Shown here one piece after another: positions 29,780 through 39,040 of a DNA stretch of 64,000 nucleotides. The DNA lies in the NCBI GenBank assembly GCA_965223025.1, contig CBDCVP010000021.1, positions 332,920-396,919 of the forward strand, written 5' to 3'. This stretch comes from Saprospiraceae bacterium. GTDB lineage: Bacteria; Bacteroidota; Bacteroidia; Chitinophagales; Saprospiraceae. Made by a program: the position numbers and the translations under genes. Each line of letters begins with the position of its first letter. Within the stretch, counting starts at the first letter, position 1. The notes beneath the pieces are model-generated. The model was not told the DNA's origin. It worked only from the letters and a program-made list of their open reading frames with translations, and searched no databases.

Positions 29780-30418
29780 ATGGGTACTGTAGCAGTAGGT
29801 ATTGTTGAAGATGAACCAATCGTACGAGAGAGCTTGGTTACTTTCTTCAATGACCAGTTTAATGTTGAAGTTGTTTGTCAAGTAAACTCTTTGGAGGCAT
29901 TTCAGACCATGTACGAGGATGGTAGAAACCAGGCTCCAGACGTGTTGTTGCTGGACATCGGCCTGCCTGGTATATCGGGTCTTGAGGGCCTTCGTATTAT
30001 AAAAAAAATTGTGCCCGATACAGATGTGATCATGCTCACCACCTACGAGGAATCTGAGACGATCTTTAAAGCATTGTGCGCTGGGGCCTGCTCTTACCTG
30101 AGCAAACGCTCTTCGCTTTCTCAGATTTTGGAAGCAGTAACGGTGGTTAGCCAAGGTGGTTCTTATATGAGTCCATCCATTGCAAGAAAAGTGGTCAAGT
30201 ATTTTTCTCCATCGGATCATTCTAAAAAGGAATTACTGACACCTCGTCAGCAGCAGATTGTATCTGGTCTGGTGGAAGGGCTGAGTTATAAAATGATTGC
30301 CGATAAATACATCATCTCCATTGAGACGGTCAGGGATCACATCAAGAAAATCTACAAGAAGCTCCAAATCAATAGTAAGGCCGAATTGATCAAACTTTCC
30401 ATTGACGGCGATCTCTGA
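29780..30418 (+). CDS. NarL/FixJ-family response regulator (REC + LuxR HTH)
   Basis: Receiver Asp pocket (LLDIGLPGISG) and a C-terminal LuxR HTH (LTPRQQQIVSGLVEGLSYKMIADKYIISIETVRDHIKKIYKKL). Confidence 0.8.
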   Translation: MGTVAVGIVEDEPIVRESLVTFFNDQFNVEVVCQVNSLEAFQTMYEDGRNQAPDVLLLDIGLPGISGLEGLRIIKKIVPDTDVIMLTTYEESETIFKALCAGACSYLSKRSSLSQILEAVTVVSQGGSYMSPSIARKVVKYFSPSDHSKKELLTPRQQQIVSGLVEGLSYKMIADKYIISIETVRDHIKKIYKKLQINSKAELIKLSIDGDL

Positions 30419-30600
30419 ACCAGCCCACCAAAAGCTTCACTGCATACGGTAGTCAGGTCGTATAGACTTATTGACCAGAATTAGCATTTGATAAAATGCG
30501 CTGAGGAAAACCACCTGCTCTCCCTGACACCAAAAACCCTGTGAACCATGAGATTGTGCGATGCTTCCAAGCTCTATTCTTCCCCCAGGGGGAGCGCGCC

Positions 30601-30760
30601 ACATGAATATGGGGTTTCTTTCTGGGGAGTGTCGACATATCTTTACATCATCAAGATTGTGATCCCTTTTAGATTTTGATAGTTTAATTAAAGTAAGGCT
30701 TTTAACGTAACACACACTCAACCCAAAAAAGCTCCGAAATTGAAGATTTCGGAGCTTTTA
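30601..30760. repeat. Copy 1 of an intergenic repeated element of about 165 bp (5' hairpin, conserved core, 3' terminator-like hairpin)
   Basis: The shared core is ATCTTTACATCATCAARATTGTGATCCCTTTTAGATTTTGATA...AAGGCTTTTAACGTAACAC. Then comes AGCTCCGAAATTGAAGATTTCGGAGCT followed by TTT (30730-30760), with an A-run before the stem, so it could act as a bidirectional terminator. Confidence 0.6.
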
Positions 30761-31094
30761 CTATTTTAAGATACCGGTCCTCTAAAAAGTGAGAAGTCCT
30801 TATTGCAGTCTTGATTCAACTCACCAAGAACAACTGGTTTTTCAGTGTTGATCGATTAGATGCCTAAGGCCGCCCATGCCAATGCTTAGTTCAAGCAGGT
30901 TTACCATACACGGACAAGAAGTCAACGTCCGTATCGTATCCACTGATCAGCCGATTATCTAGTATACAAGATGATGGCAAAGATCTGTCTCACCGGCGTG
31001 CGAACGATGATTTGACCGGTCGATGATATCAAGGCGACATTGCGCTATGTGGTCTGTCCATCCAAGATGATGGGGCCGGGAAAAAACGACACCC

Positions 31095-31254
31095 CATGAA
31101 TATGGGGTTGGGAGGCAGGAGGTATGGATTTATCTTTACATCATCAAAATTGTGATCCCTTTTTAGATTTTGATAATTGTTTATAAGGCTTTTAACGTAA
31201 CACTCGCACTCAAAACGATAACAGCTCCGAAACTGGATGGTTTCGGAGCTGTTT
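31095..31254. repeat. Copy 2 of the same element; its 3' hairpin abuts the flotillin operon stop
   Basis: Starts with the perfect hairpin ACCCCATGAATATGGGGT (31091-31108). The core is about 90 percent identical to copy 1. AGCTCCGAAACTGGATGGTTTCGGAGCT (31223-31250) lies 23 bp from the stop of the minus-strand flotillin gene. Confidence 0.6.
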
Positions 31255-31276
31255 GCTTTGATAGCTACCCTAGGTT

Positions 31277-32725
31277 TTACTGGCCATTCTTAGCGGCCAT
31301 TTCTGGACTTTCGGCTCCATTCGCTACTACCTCAGCAGGTTCAGTTTCTACCAGGTCCCCATCATGCTTGTTGCCCAAATAGCTGGGTAGATCCATGCCC
31401 GCCATTTTGAATAGATCATGTAATGGAGGTATAGATTTATAGAGGCCCGAAACAAATTTAGAGGTGGCGTTTCCCTGTCCGTTTTGCTGCCCACCTTCCC
31501 AGACGGTGACTTTATCAATTTTGATATTCTTGATGGCTTCAACCTGCATCTGGACGAGATCCTCCAACTTGTCGGCAATGAGCATCAAGACAGCATCCTT
31601 GGTGTTTCCATTGGTAGCGTCTACGATCTTATCGAATCCATCGGCCTGTTTTCTCAATATCTCAAACATACCCCGAGCTTCAGCTTCTCGCTTGGCAAAA
31701 ATGGCATCTGCCTCCCCTTGAGCTTCTCTTCTGAGTTTTTGTGCTTCGGCCTCGGCATCGATTTCTACTTTGCGTTTCTCGATCTCAGCACTGACGATTA
31801 CATCAGCTTCGCGGGAAGCTTTTTCCTTGGCGGCTCGTGCTTCTTCGGCCTCTCTTTCTGCCACATAGGCCAGCTCCAGTGCTTTGGCAGCTTGGATTTT
31901 TTCTGCAGATGTAGCCTGCTTTAGTGCTTCGGCCTCTGCTTCACGCTTGGTGGCCTCAGATTTGGCTATCAGTATTTGAGCGACATTCTCTCCTTCAATC
32001 GATTTTGCCTGTGCATCGGCCTCTCCAATCTTAGCGTCTGCCTCTGCTTTGGCTACTTCGATTCTCTTTTCCCTATTGGCTTTGGCCTCACCGATCGCAC
32101 CTGCCCTGGTCTTCTCTGCTACCCGTACCCTAGCCTCATTGATGGCATGGGCGGCGGCTTCTTTACCCAGGGCTTCAATATATCCCGATTCGTCTTCGAT
32201 ATCTGTGATGTTCACGTTGATCAAAATCAGACCAATCTTACTTAGCTCACTACCGACGTTGGAAGCCACATTGGTGAGAAATTTGTCTCTATCAGAGTTT
32301 ATTTCCTCGATGTCCATGGTAGCCACTACTAATCTGAGCTGACCAAAGATGATGTCTTTTGCGATGTCTCTGATGGCATCCATAGATTTACCAAGCAGAC
32401 GTTCTGCAGCATTGACCATGGTGCCTTCATCATTAGAGATGGCCACAGTAAACCTGGATGGCACATTGACCCTGATATTTTGCCTACTAAGGGCGCTCTT
32501 TAGATCTACATCGATTGAGATCGGTGAAAGGTCCAGATATTCATAGGCCTGAATCACCGGCCAAACGAAAGCAGCGCCACCCGCAATGCATTTTGCGGAT
32601 CCCTGCCCAGTCTTACCATAGATCACCAGAATGCGATCGGAAGGACATCGGCGATACCTCGATACCAAAAAGAAAGCGGTGGCCAGTGCCAGAACGAGTA
32701 ATCCAACGATTAGGTACAGTGTCAT
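31277..32725 (-). CDS. Flotillin-like SPFH/band-7 protein (YqiK/FloT-like)
   Basis: N-terminal TM helix, SPFH domain, and a long Ala/Glu-rich coiled-coil (EA repeats) region. Confidence 0.8.
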   Translation of the reverse strand: MTLYLIVGLLVLALATAFFLVSRYRRCPSDRILVIYGKTGQGSAKCIAGGAAFVWPVIQAYEYLDLSPISIDVDLKSALSRQNIRVNVPSRFTVAISNDEGTMVNAAERLLGKSMDAIRDIAKDIIFGQLRLVVATMDIEEINSDRDKFLTNVASNVGSELSKIGLILINVNITDIEDESGYIEALGKEAAAHAINEARVRVAEKTRAGAIGEAKANREKRIEVAKAEADAKIGEADAQAKSIEGENVAQILIAKSEATKREAEAEALKQATSAEKIQAAKALELAYVAEREAEEARAAKEKASREADVIVSAEIEKRKVEIDAEAEAQKLRREAQGEADAIFAKREAEARGMFEILRKQADGFDKIVDATNGNTKDAVLMLIADKLEDLVQMQVEAIKNIKIDKVTVWEGGQQNGQGNATSKFVSGLYKSIPPLHDLFKMAGMDLPSYLGNKHDGDLVETEPAEVVANGAESPEMAAKNGQ

Positions 32726-32743
32726 GATTGGTGGTTTTTAATG

Positions 32744-33355
32744 TCAGGAGGCCGTTGCCTCAAATATTTCTGCAGGTTCTACAACGAGTACGTTGCTTTC
32801 AATGATCTCGATGATTTTTACCATTCGGCCAGTGCGCAATTCTTCTCCCTCTGTGACAGCGGCCATTTCACGCAAGGAATGGTTGAGTGTTACATGCACT
32901 TTTCCGCGACCTTTTCTGCGTCCAGGAATGGTTAAATACACGGTACCATCTTGGTAAATTAGATCATTGAGATCGGCATTACCTTTTTCTGCCAATTTAT
33001 GGAAGAAGTACATGAGATAGGCCACCACGGTCATCGCTACCAATCCGGCTGCCAGGGACATCAAAAGGACCATCGAGGTGCTAAAACCGTTGCCAAGGGC
33101 CAGGACTCCCGTCCATCCAAAAAAAGCGAAAAAGGCTATGATGCCCCGCACGGAAAGCAGTGTAAAGGAAGGATCCAGACTGTAGCTGGCATCATCCATA
33201 TCGACATCTGCATCCGTATCGAAGTCTAGGCCGAAAATGGTTAGCCCAAATTGAATGATAAACAAAGTACTAAAGATGATGGCAATGGCCCAAAATACCT
33301 GATCCATGGTCGCTAAGCTGTACCACCAGTCTGTTATTGCTAAAAACATTGTCAA
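32744..33355 (-). CDS. NfeD-like membrane protein (YqiJ-like; membrane helices plus C-terminal OB-fold)
   Basis: Several TM helices are followed by a soluble beta-rich tail. It sits immediately upstream of flotillin on the same strand, which is the classic nfeD-flotillin operon arrangement. Confidence 0.6.
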   Translation of the reverse strand: MTMFLAITDWWYSLATMDQVFWAIAIIFSTLFIIQFGLTIFGLDFDTDADVDMDDASYSLDPSFTLLSVRGIIAFFAFFGWTGVLALGNGFSTSMVLLMSLAAGLVAMTVVAYLMYFFHKLAEKGNADLNDLIYQDGTVYLTIPGRRKGRGKVHVTLNHSLREMAAVTEGEELRTGRMVKIIEIIESNVLVVEPAEIFEATAS

Positions 33356-33661
33356 ATCTTAAATGAAGACCTCTTAATTGATCTCACCTAATTTAGAACT
33401 ATTCTCGGATAAGTGACTGGATACATCGACCAATGGTAAGTAATTTCGGTCCAATGAAAGATTGGCTGGGAGCGTTTTTCCTCAGAATAAAGGAAAAGTC
33501 GGAAATGCTTGTTTTCCGGCTGATCTGATATTTGAGAATGCCAAGGGTGCCAGAATGTGAGACCCCTTGCCCGGATTTCCGCAGAGTCAGTTTGATCGGT
33601 ATCTAAGAATCGAAATTTGCTACTTTTGTGTCATTGGATGGATCATTACTGCTGAATCCTT

Positions 33662-34594
33662 ATGACAGATGTAAAGTTGTTCTCAGGTACTTCTTCTCTT
33701 TATTTGGCTGAGAAGATTGCAGATTACTATGGAGATGAATTGGGCGAGATGGATCTGCAGCGATTTAGCGATGGTGAGATGCAACCCGTCATCAACGAGT
33801 CAGTCCGGGGGTCGTATGTTTTTTTTATACAGTCTACCTTTTCCCCGCCTTCTAATTTGTTGGAGCTCTTGCTCATGATCGATGCCGCCAAGCGTGCTTC
33901 CGCAGGATACATCACGGCGGTCATTCCGTATTTCGGATATGCTCGCCAGGATCGAAAAGACAAACCCAGGGTTCCCATATCTGCCCGACTATTGGCAAAC
34001 TTGCTGGAGGCTGCCGGTGCCAACCGTGTCATGACCATGGATTTTCATGCCGACCAGATCCAAGGTTTTTTTGATATTCCGGTAGATCATCTGCTGTCAG
34101 ATGCCATCTACACAAATCACCTAGGCAAGCAAGACTTAGACAATGTGATCTTCGCTTCACCCGATGTTGGAGGTGTGAAAAGAGCCCGTCAGTACTCAGT
34201 GCATTTTAATAAGCAGCTGGTCATATGCGATAAGCATCGTATTCGTGCCAACGAGGTTGCTGGCATCAATGTCATCGGAAACGTGAATGGTGCAGATGTC
34301 ATCTTAGTGGATGATCTGGTGGATACTGCTGGCACTTTATGCAAAGCAGCCGATGCCCTGATCGCAAAAGGTGCTAAGACAGTCAAAGCAATTTGTACCC
34401 ATGCAGTACTCTCGGGTGCGGCCTATGAAAACATCTCAAAATCTGCTTTGCATGAACTGATTGTGACCGATACCATTCCACTTAGGAGGCCTTCAGACAA
34501 AATCAAGGTGTTGTCGTGTGCCAAGCTATTTGCTAGGGCCATTCGCAATACGCATGAACATAAGTCGATAGCAGCACTATTCCTGGCCAAATAG
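33662..34594 (+). CDS. prs: Ribose-phosphate pyrophosphokinase (PRPP synthetase)
   Basis: Blocks DGEMQPVINESVRG and GYARQDRK, and the PRPP-binding loop VDDLVDTAGT. Confidence 0.9.
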   Translation: MTDVKLFSGTSSLYLAEKIADYYGDELGEMDLQRFSDGEMQPVINESVRGSYVFFIQSTFSPPSNLLELLLMIDAAKRASAGYITAVIPYFGYARQDRKDKPRVPISARLLANLLEAAGANRVMTMDFHADQIQGFFDIPVDHLLSDAIYTNHLGKQDLDNVIFASPDVGGVKRARQYSVHFNKQLVICDKHRIRANEVAGINVIGNVNGADVILVDDLVDTAGTLCKAADALIAKGAKTVKAICTHAVLSGAAYENISKSALHELIVTDTIPLRRPSDKIKVLSCAKLFARAIRNTHEHKSIAALFLAK

Positions 34595-34699
34595 GCCATC
34601 AGTACATGCAAAAAATCTGAGGAAGAAATTCACTTGGGAATTTTAGCATTTTGGTTATCTTTGCGTCCGTTTTTCTCAAGCAAGAATCTAGAAAATATT

Positions 34700-35380
34700 A
34701 TGCAGACGATAAGCATCAAAGGTGAACTCAGAACGGAGATGGGAAGTGGCCCTGCAAAAAGGTTGCGTCGTGCAGGACTGATTCCATGCGAGATCTATGG
34801 TGGTGGTGAGAATCTGCATTTTGCCGTGACCCCTAACGCCGTAAAGAGCATTGTGTATACTCCTGATTTTAAACTTGCTGAGATAGAATTAGACGGCAAT
34901 AGGTATAAGTCGATCGTGAAGAAAATTCAATTTCATCCTGTAACAGACGAAATTGTGCATATCGATTTCTTGAAGCTTGTAAAAGGACAACCTTTGAAAG
35001 TAATGGTGCCCATCAAATTTGAAGGTACTTCACCTGGAGTGAAGTCTGGAGGCACCCTTTCTCAAAAATTGCACCGTGTTGAAATAAAGACCACGCCAGA
35101 TCATTTGATTGATACCATTGTTATGGATATCTCCGCTCTGGAACTTGGCGAATCCCTGCGTGTGCAAGACATAGAGATACCCGATGAGGTCCAGATTTTA
35201 AATGGACCGACCATACCTGTGGCTAGCGTGGCCATACCAAGGGCCTTGAAGAGTGCTGAAGAAGAAGAGGCCGAAGCAGCTGAGGCGGCAGCTGAAGCGG
35301 CTGAGGGAGAAGAAGGTGCTGAAGAGGGTGAAGGTGCCGAAGCAGCATCCAAGGAGAAGAGCCCTGATGGAGCAGATTAA
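34700..35380 (+). CDS. rplY: 50S ribosomal protein L25 / general stress protein Ctc, with acidic Ala/Glu-rich C-terminal tail
   Basis: MQTISIKGELRTEMGSGPAKRLRRAGLIPCEIYGG. Start trimmed to the conserved Met. The ORF track begins at 34634. Confidence 0.85.
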   Translation: MQTISIKGELRTEMGSGPAKRLRRAGLIPCEIYGGGENLHFAVTPNAVKSIVYTPDFKLAEIELDGNRYKSIVKKIQFHPVTDEIVHIDFLKLVKGQPLKVMVPIKFEGTSPGVKSGGTLSQKLHRVEIKTTPDHLIDTIVMDISALELGESLRVQDIEIPDEVQILNGPTIPVASVAIPRALKSAEEEEAEAAEAAAEAAEGEEGAEEGEGAEAASKEKSPDGAD

Positions 35381-35406
35381 TTTGCAAAATATTATTGTGG
35401 AAATAA

Positions 35407-35436
35407 AAGAGGTGTACTTTTGTACATCTCTTTTTT
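35407..35436 (+). terminator. Rho-independent terminator downstream of rplY
   Basis: AGAGGTGTAC-TTTT-GTACATCTCT stem-loop followed by TTTTTT. Confidence 0.6.
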
Positions 35437-35559
35437 CTGTAAGTCTCTCTGCATCAAATCATGACTGTAGTTGATTAGTGGGTTGAACGAAAGGAAAGAT
35501 TGTAATTTTTTCTTCGAGCTCTATGGCATCAATTGTTGGTACTCAGGCATCTGCTGTCA

Positions 35560-36880
35560 GTTTTTTTATCGGGGAGTTAAACCACCAAAAAAAGTTCGAC
35601 CTTTTGTTTTAAGATGTCCTTTTAAGTTGTCTTAGTTGTCTCTCTAGACGTTCTATCCTACGCATTCTCTTTACCTCCAAATATTTGGAATCTGCTTTGT
35701 ATGCCTTGTATGGCTCTTGATCCCGCAGCACGTGATATACGGCAGTGAGGATCTTATGTCCGATGGCAATGCAAGCCTTTTTTTTACCGAGTCTGCCACT
35801 CAGTATTCGATACTTAGTTGACATTTCGGGGTGATTCTTCGATCTGGATGCAGCCCAGGCGGCTTCCACCAGCACAGTCTTTAAATGCTTATTGCCATGG
35901 GTGATGCGAGATGAATACTTCTTGCCTGCACTCACATTATTACCCGGACAGACACCTGCCCAAGATGCTAAATGTCGATGTGACGGGAAGTGACTCATGT
36001 CGGTGCCAATCTCAGCAAGGATGCTCATTGCACTCTTGTCGGAAACTCCGGGAATGGTTTTGAGCAGATCGATTTGTGTTGACATTTCTGTCAGGTATGA
36101 ATCCAGTCGAGCTTCTAGTTGAGCTATTTGATTATTGATGTGGGTGATGGATTCCAATATTAAGGTTAGCATAAATTGATGATGGTCCGTAACTCGTCCA
36201 TCGAGTGCCTTGCTGAGTTTGTCCTTTTTTCTGACCAGTGAACCTTTGGCCAGTTGTGCCAGTGCACCTGGATCTGTTTGTCCTTGCGACAGGGCCGTCA
36301 CCATAGCCAGACCTGAAACCCCAAACACATCGCTCACAACGCTTGACAGCTTAATATTTGCATCTTCCAAGATGTTCTGAAGTCGATTTTTCTCACTAGT
36401 GCGCTTGCCAATTAGTTTGCGTCGATGACGAGTCAGTACTCTGATCTCTCTAATCTGCTCAGGTGGAACAAAACTCCCCTTCAACAGGCCGCTAAGCAAG
36501 AGTTTAGCGATCCACTCTGAATCTTTCTTGTCCGTCTTCTGACCAGGTACATTCTTGATGTGACGTGCATTGACCAGAAGCATCTCGAAAAATTCTTCAA
36601 GCATATAATACACTGGCTTCCAATACACTCCGGTACTCTCCATGGCCACATGTGTTACTCCATTATTCTGAAGCCAACATGTCAGTTCAATCAGATCTTC
36701 ACTGAAGGTGGCAAAGGTTCTTGTCTGGGTTTGCAAATCTATTCCTCGAATAGTGCAAACAACAGTATCTTTGTGTACATCCATCCCACAACCACGTTCT
36801 ACGATAATGGGAAATTGCTCAACAACCATAGGTCCATAAGTTTTATTGGTACTAAGATACCGGGCGCGAAGCCAAGACTT
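35560..36880 (-). mobile_element. IS110-family insertion element (boundaries approximate; this family lacks clear inverted repeats)
   Basis: A single transposase gene is inserted between the rplY terminator and the following C-N hydrolase gene. The ends were not resolved from sequence alone. Confidence 0.45.
35609..36829 (-). CDS. IS110 family transposase (DEDD type)
   Basis: N-terminal GMDVHKDT (IS110 GIDVxK block). Central YWKPVYY and the C-terminal IPGVSDKSAMSILAEIGD...HLASWAGVCPGNNVSAGK module typical of IS110/IS116/IS902. Confidence 0.85.
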   Translation of the reverse strand: MVVEQFPIIVERGCGMDVHKDTVVCTIRGIDLQTQTRTFATFSEDLIELTCWLQNNGVTHVAMESTGVYWKPVYYMLEEFFEMLLVNARHIKNVPGQKTDKKDSEWIAKLLLSGLLKGSFVPPEQIREIRVLTRHRRKLIGKRTSEKNRLQNILEDANIKLSSVVSDVFGVSGLAMVTALSQGQTDPGALAQLAKGSLVRKKDKLSKALDGRVTDHHQFMLTLILESITHINNQIAQLEARLDSYLTEMSTQIDLLKTIPGVSDKSAMSILAEIGTDMSHFPSHRHLASWAGVCPGNNVSAGKKYSSRITHGNKHLKTVLVEAAWAASRSKNHPEMSTKYRILSGRLGKKKACIAIGHKILTAVYHVLRDQEPYKAYKADSKYLEVKRMRRIERLERQLRQLKRTS

Positions 36881-36924
36881 TCATGGTTGTTGGTGATTTC
36901 CTAAATCATGTAGGTTTTTTTATG

Positions 36925-37704
36925 GCAAAATCATCATTGCAGCTAAGCTTGGTCCAGTTTGATATCCATTGGGAGCAAGCTACACGTAACCTTGAGAAAA
37001 TTGAGGGTATGCTTGCCGGTGATGATTTTCAGCCCGATGTCATTTTGCTGCCTGAGATGTTTACCACTGGATTTACCATGAATGCCAAGGCTATGGCAGA
37101 AGGGATGGACGGGACCACCGTGTCCTGGATGCAGGAGATGGCCAGCAGATACCGCGCAGCTGTGGCCGGCAGTCTCATCATCAAGGATGGAGAGACTTTT
37201 CATAACCGTTTTATTTGGATGGAGCCAGATGGCCTAAAAGGTACATACGATAAGCGGCATCTCTTCACATTAGCAGGGGAGGATAGGGTATATACACCGG
37301 GTTCCGATCATTTGATCCTATCATACAAGGGATGGAATTTTACCACTTTCATCTGTTATGATTTGAGGTTTCCAGTATGGTCAAGGCGTAATCGTGAGGT
37401 GGATGTCATGATCTATGTAGCCAGCTGGCCAGATCGAAGGACTAAGGCCTGGCAACAGTTGTTGATCGCAAGAGCCATTGAAAACCAGGCTTATGTGGTG
37501 GGGCTAAATAGAGTGGGTTGGGACGGCAATCAACTTCACCATGACGGGGCCTCTGGCGTCATAGATGGCCTAGGAAGGACCATCTTAGATGCCAAGGACA
37601 AAGAAGGCGTTTTTCACGCTACACTAGATCGAGTATCTCATGAAATAACTAGACGCGATCTACCGTTTCTAGATGATGCGGATTCCTTTTCGATCAAACG
37701 CTGA
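36925..37704 (+). CDS. Carbon-nitrogen hydrolase (nitrilase superfamily; omega-amidase YafV-like)
   Basis: LSLVQFDIHWE, the catalytic E (LPEMFTTGF), and the catalytic Cys context ICYDLRFP. Confidence 0.7.
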   Translation, partial: AKSSLQLSLVQFDIHWEQATRNLEKIEGMLAGDDFQPDVILLPEMFTTGFTMNAKAMAEGMDGTTVSWMQEMASRYRAAVAGSLIIKDGETFHNRFIWMEPDGLKGTYDKRHLFTLAGEDRVYTPGSDHLILSYKGWNFTTFICYDLRFPVWSRRNREVDVMIYVASWPDRRTKAWQQLLIARAIENQAYVVGLNRVGWDGNQLHHDGASGVIDGLGRTILDAKDKEGVFHATLDRVSHEITRRDLPFLDDADSFSIKR

Positions 37705-37713
37705 TTTTCATCA

Positions 37714-38208
37714 ATGCTGAAGTTCTTGTCGCTATGCTTGATTGCTAGCACGCTCTTGGTGTCTGGTTGTACGGCCCTCCGCCCGGTAGACAGAAAAGAG
37801 AAAGTTGCCCCAACCAAGGTGGAGCTGAGAAGAAAGGAGTTGGTCAAGACAGCTCGAGATTTTTTGGGATCTCCCTACCAATACGGTGGGACTGGCAACA
37901 GTGGTTTTGACTGTTCTGGATTGACTTTCAGGGTTTATCAAAACCAGCAAATAAGTCTACCTAGAACCGCAGCTGCACAGGCCAAATATGGCCGAAAAGT
38001 TCAAGCCGATAAAGCCAAACCTGCAGACCTGGCTTTTTTTTCACTGCGCAATAGAGTGGTTCACGTGGCCATCATCACCAAGGCCACAAGACGAGAGCTC
38101 TGGGTGATTCACAGTACCACCTCAAGGGGTGTGGTCCATGAGGAGGTCTACAGCTCTAGCTACTGGTCGCAAAGGTTGAGGGAAGTAAGGAATGCATTGA
38201 TTCATTGA
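37714..38208 (+). CDS. NlpC/P60 (C40) family peptidoglycan peptidase lipoprotein
   Basis: Lipobox LLVSGC. YQYGGTGNSGFDCSGL is the catalytic Cys motif. A downstream His lies in VVHVAII. Confidence 0.8.
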   Translation: MLKFLSLCLIASTLLVSGCTALRPVDRKEKVAPTKVELRRKELVKTARDFLGSPYQYGGTGNSGFDCSGLTFRVYQNQQISLPRTAAAQAKYGRKVQADKAKPADLAFFSLRNRVVHVAIITKATRRELWVIHSTTSRGVVHEEVYSSSYWSQRLREVRNALIH

Positions 38209-38318
38209 TGGCACACTTCTCTGATTAGGCTCGCCAAACTACAGCATCTTGCGTCTATTCATCTTATGGACCAAAGTGTTATCTTGCGGCTTTTCGCCAC
38301 AAATGGGGTAATTAGCAT

Positions 38319-38891
38319 ATGATCAACTTAATACTTTTTGGCCCTCCAGGGTCGGGCAAGGGCACCCAAGCTGAGAAGATTGCAGAGGCCTATGATTTTA
38401 TGCACATCTCTACCGGGGATTTGTTTCGGTCTGAGATTAAACACAAGACAAAATTAGGCTTAGAAGCTCAATCATATATCAGCCAAGGGGCATTGGTTCC
38501 GGATTCGATAACCATTGGAATGTTGGAGAAAAAGATGGATGAACAAAGGGATGCAGCCGGCGTGATTTTTGATGGATTTCCCAGAAATATCCTTCAGGCC
38601 GAAGCGTTAGACGAAATGTTGTCTCATCGGGACCAGATCATTTCAGCACTCATGGCATTAGATGTACAGGATGACGAAATTGTAAAACGCATTACCGAAA
38701 GATCTAAAACTTCCGGCCGCTCTGACGATGCAGATGAAGCCATCATTCGCAACCGAATAGCGGTGTACGAGAAGGAGACTTCACCGGTATTTGCCTACTA
38801 CGAGCAAAGTGGCAAAGCTCATAAGGTAAGAGGTACAGGAGAAATTCAGGAGATATTTGAACGACTGTGTCGCTTGATAGATTCATTGTAG
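38319..38891 (+). CDS. adk: Adenylate kinase
   Basis: P-loop GPPGSGKGTQA and the LID/NMP-binding blocks. Confidence 0.9.
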   Translation: MINLILFGPPGSGKGTQAEKIAEAYDFMHISTGDLFRSEIKHKTKLGLEAQSYISQGALVPDSITIGMLEKKMDEQRDAAGVIFDGFPRNILQAEALDEMLSHRDQIISALMALDVQDDEIVKRITERSKTSGRSDDADEAIIRNRIAVYEKETSPVFAYYEQSGKAHKVRGTGEIQEIFERLCRLIDSL

Positions 38892-39040
38892 GCGGGGATC
38901 ATCTCTGATGGTGGCCACTAGCGTACCATGACTGACTTGACCGTGTGCATTTATAGATTGTCCCATGGAGAAAAATCTGACTCCAAGCGCTCAAGTGCAT
39001 TTCACCTTAAGTTTGGAAATGATACGAGAAAATTGGTGGG

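Noticed and set aside
29699-30220. 173-aa minus-strand ORF
   Set aside because: It lies entirely antisense to the well-supported NarL-type response regulator gene. No motifs.
30437-30721. 94-aa minus-strand ORF in the RR-flotillin intergenic region
   Set aside because: It overlaps copy 1 of the repeated hairpin element. No coding features. More likely non-coding.
31348-32727. Multiple plus-strand and minus-strand ORFs (31348-31578, 31464-31721, 31484-31924, 31976-32245, 32049-32342, 32349-32546, 32515-32727)
   Set aside because: All lie within or antisense to the flotillin gene. They are produced by its low-complexity Ala/Glu-rich coiled-coil coding sequence.
35101-35352. Ala/Ser-rich 83-aa minus-strand ORF
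   Set aside because: Antisense to the acidic Ala/Glu tail of rplY. A low-complexity artefact.
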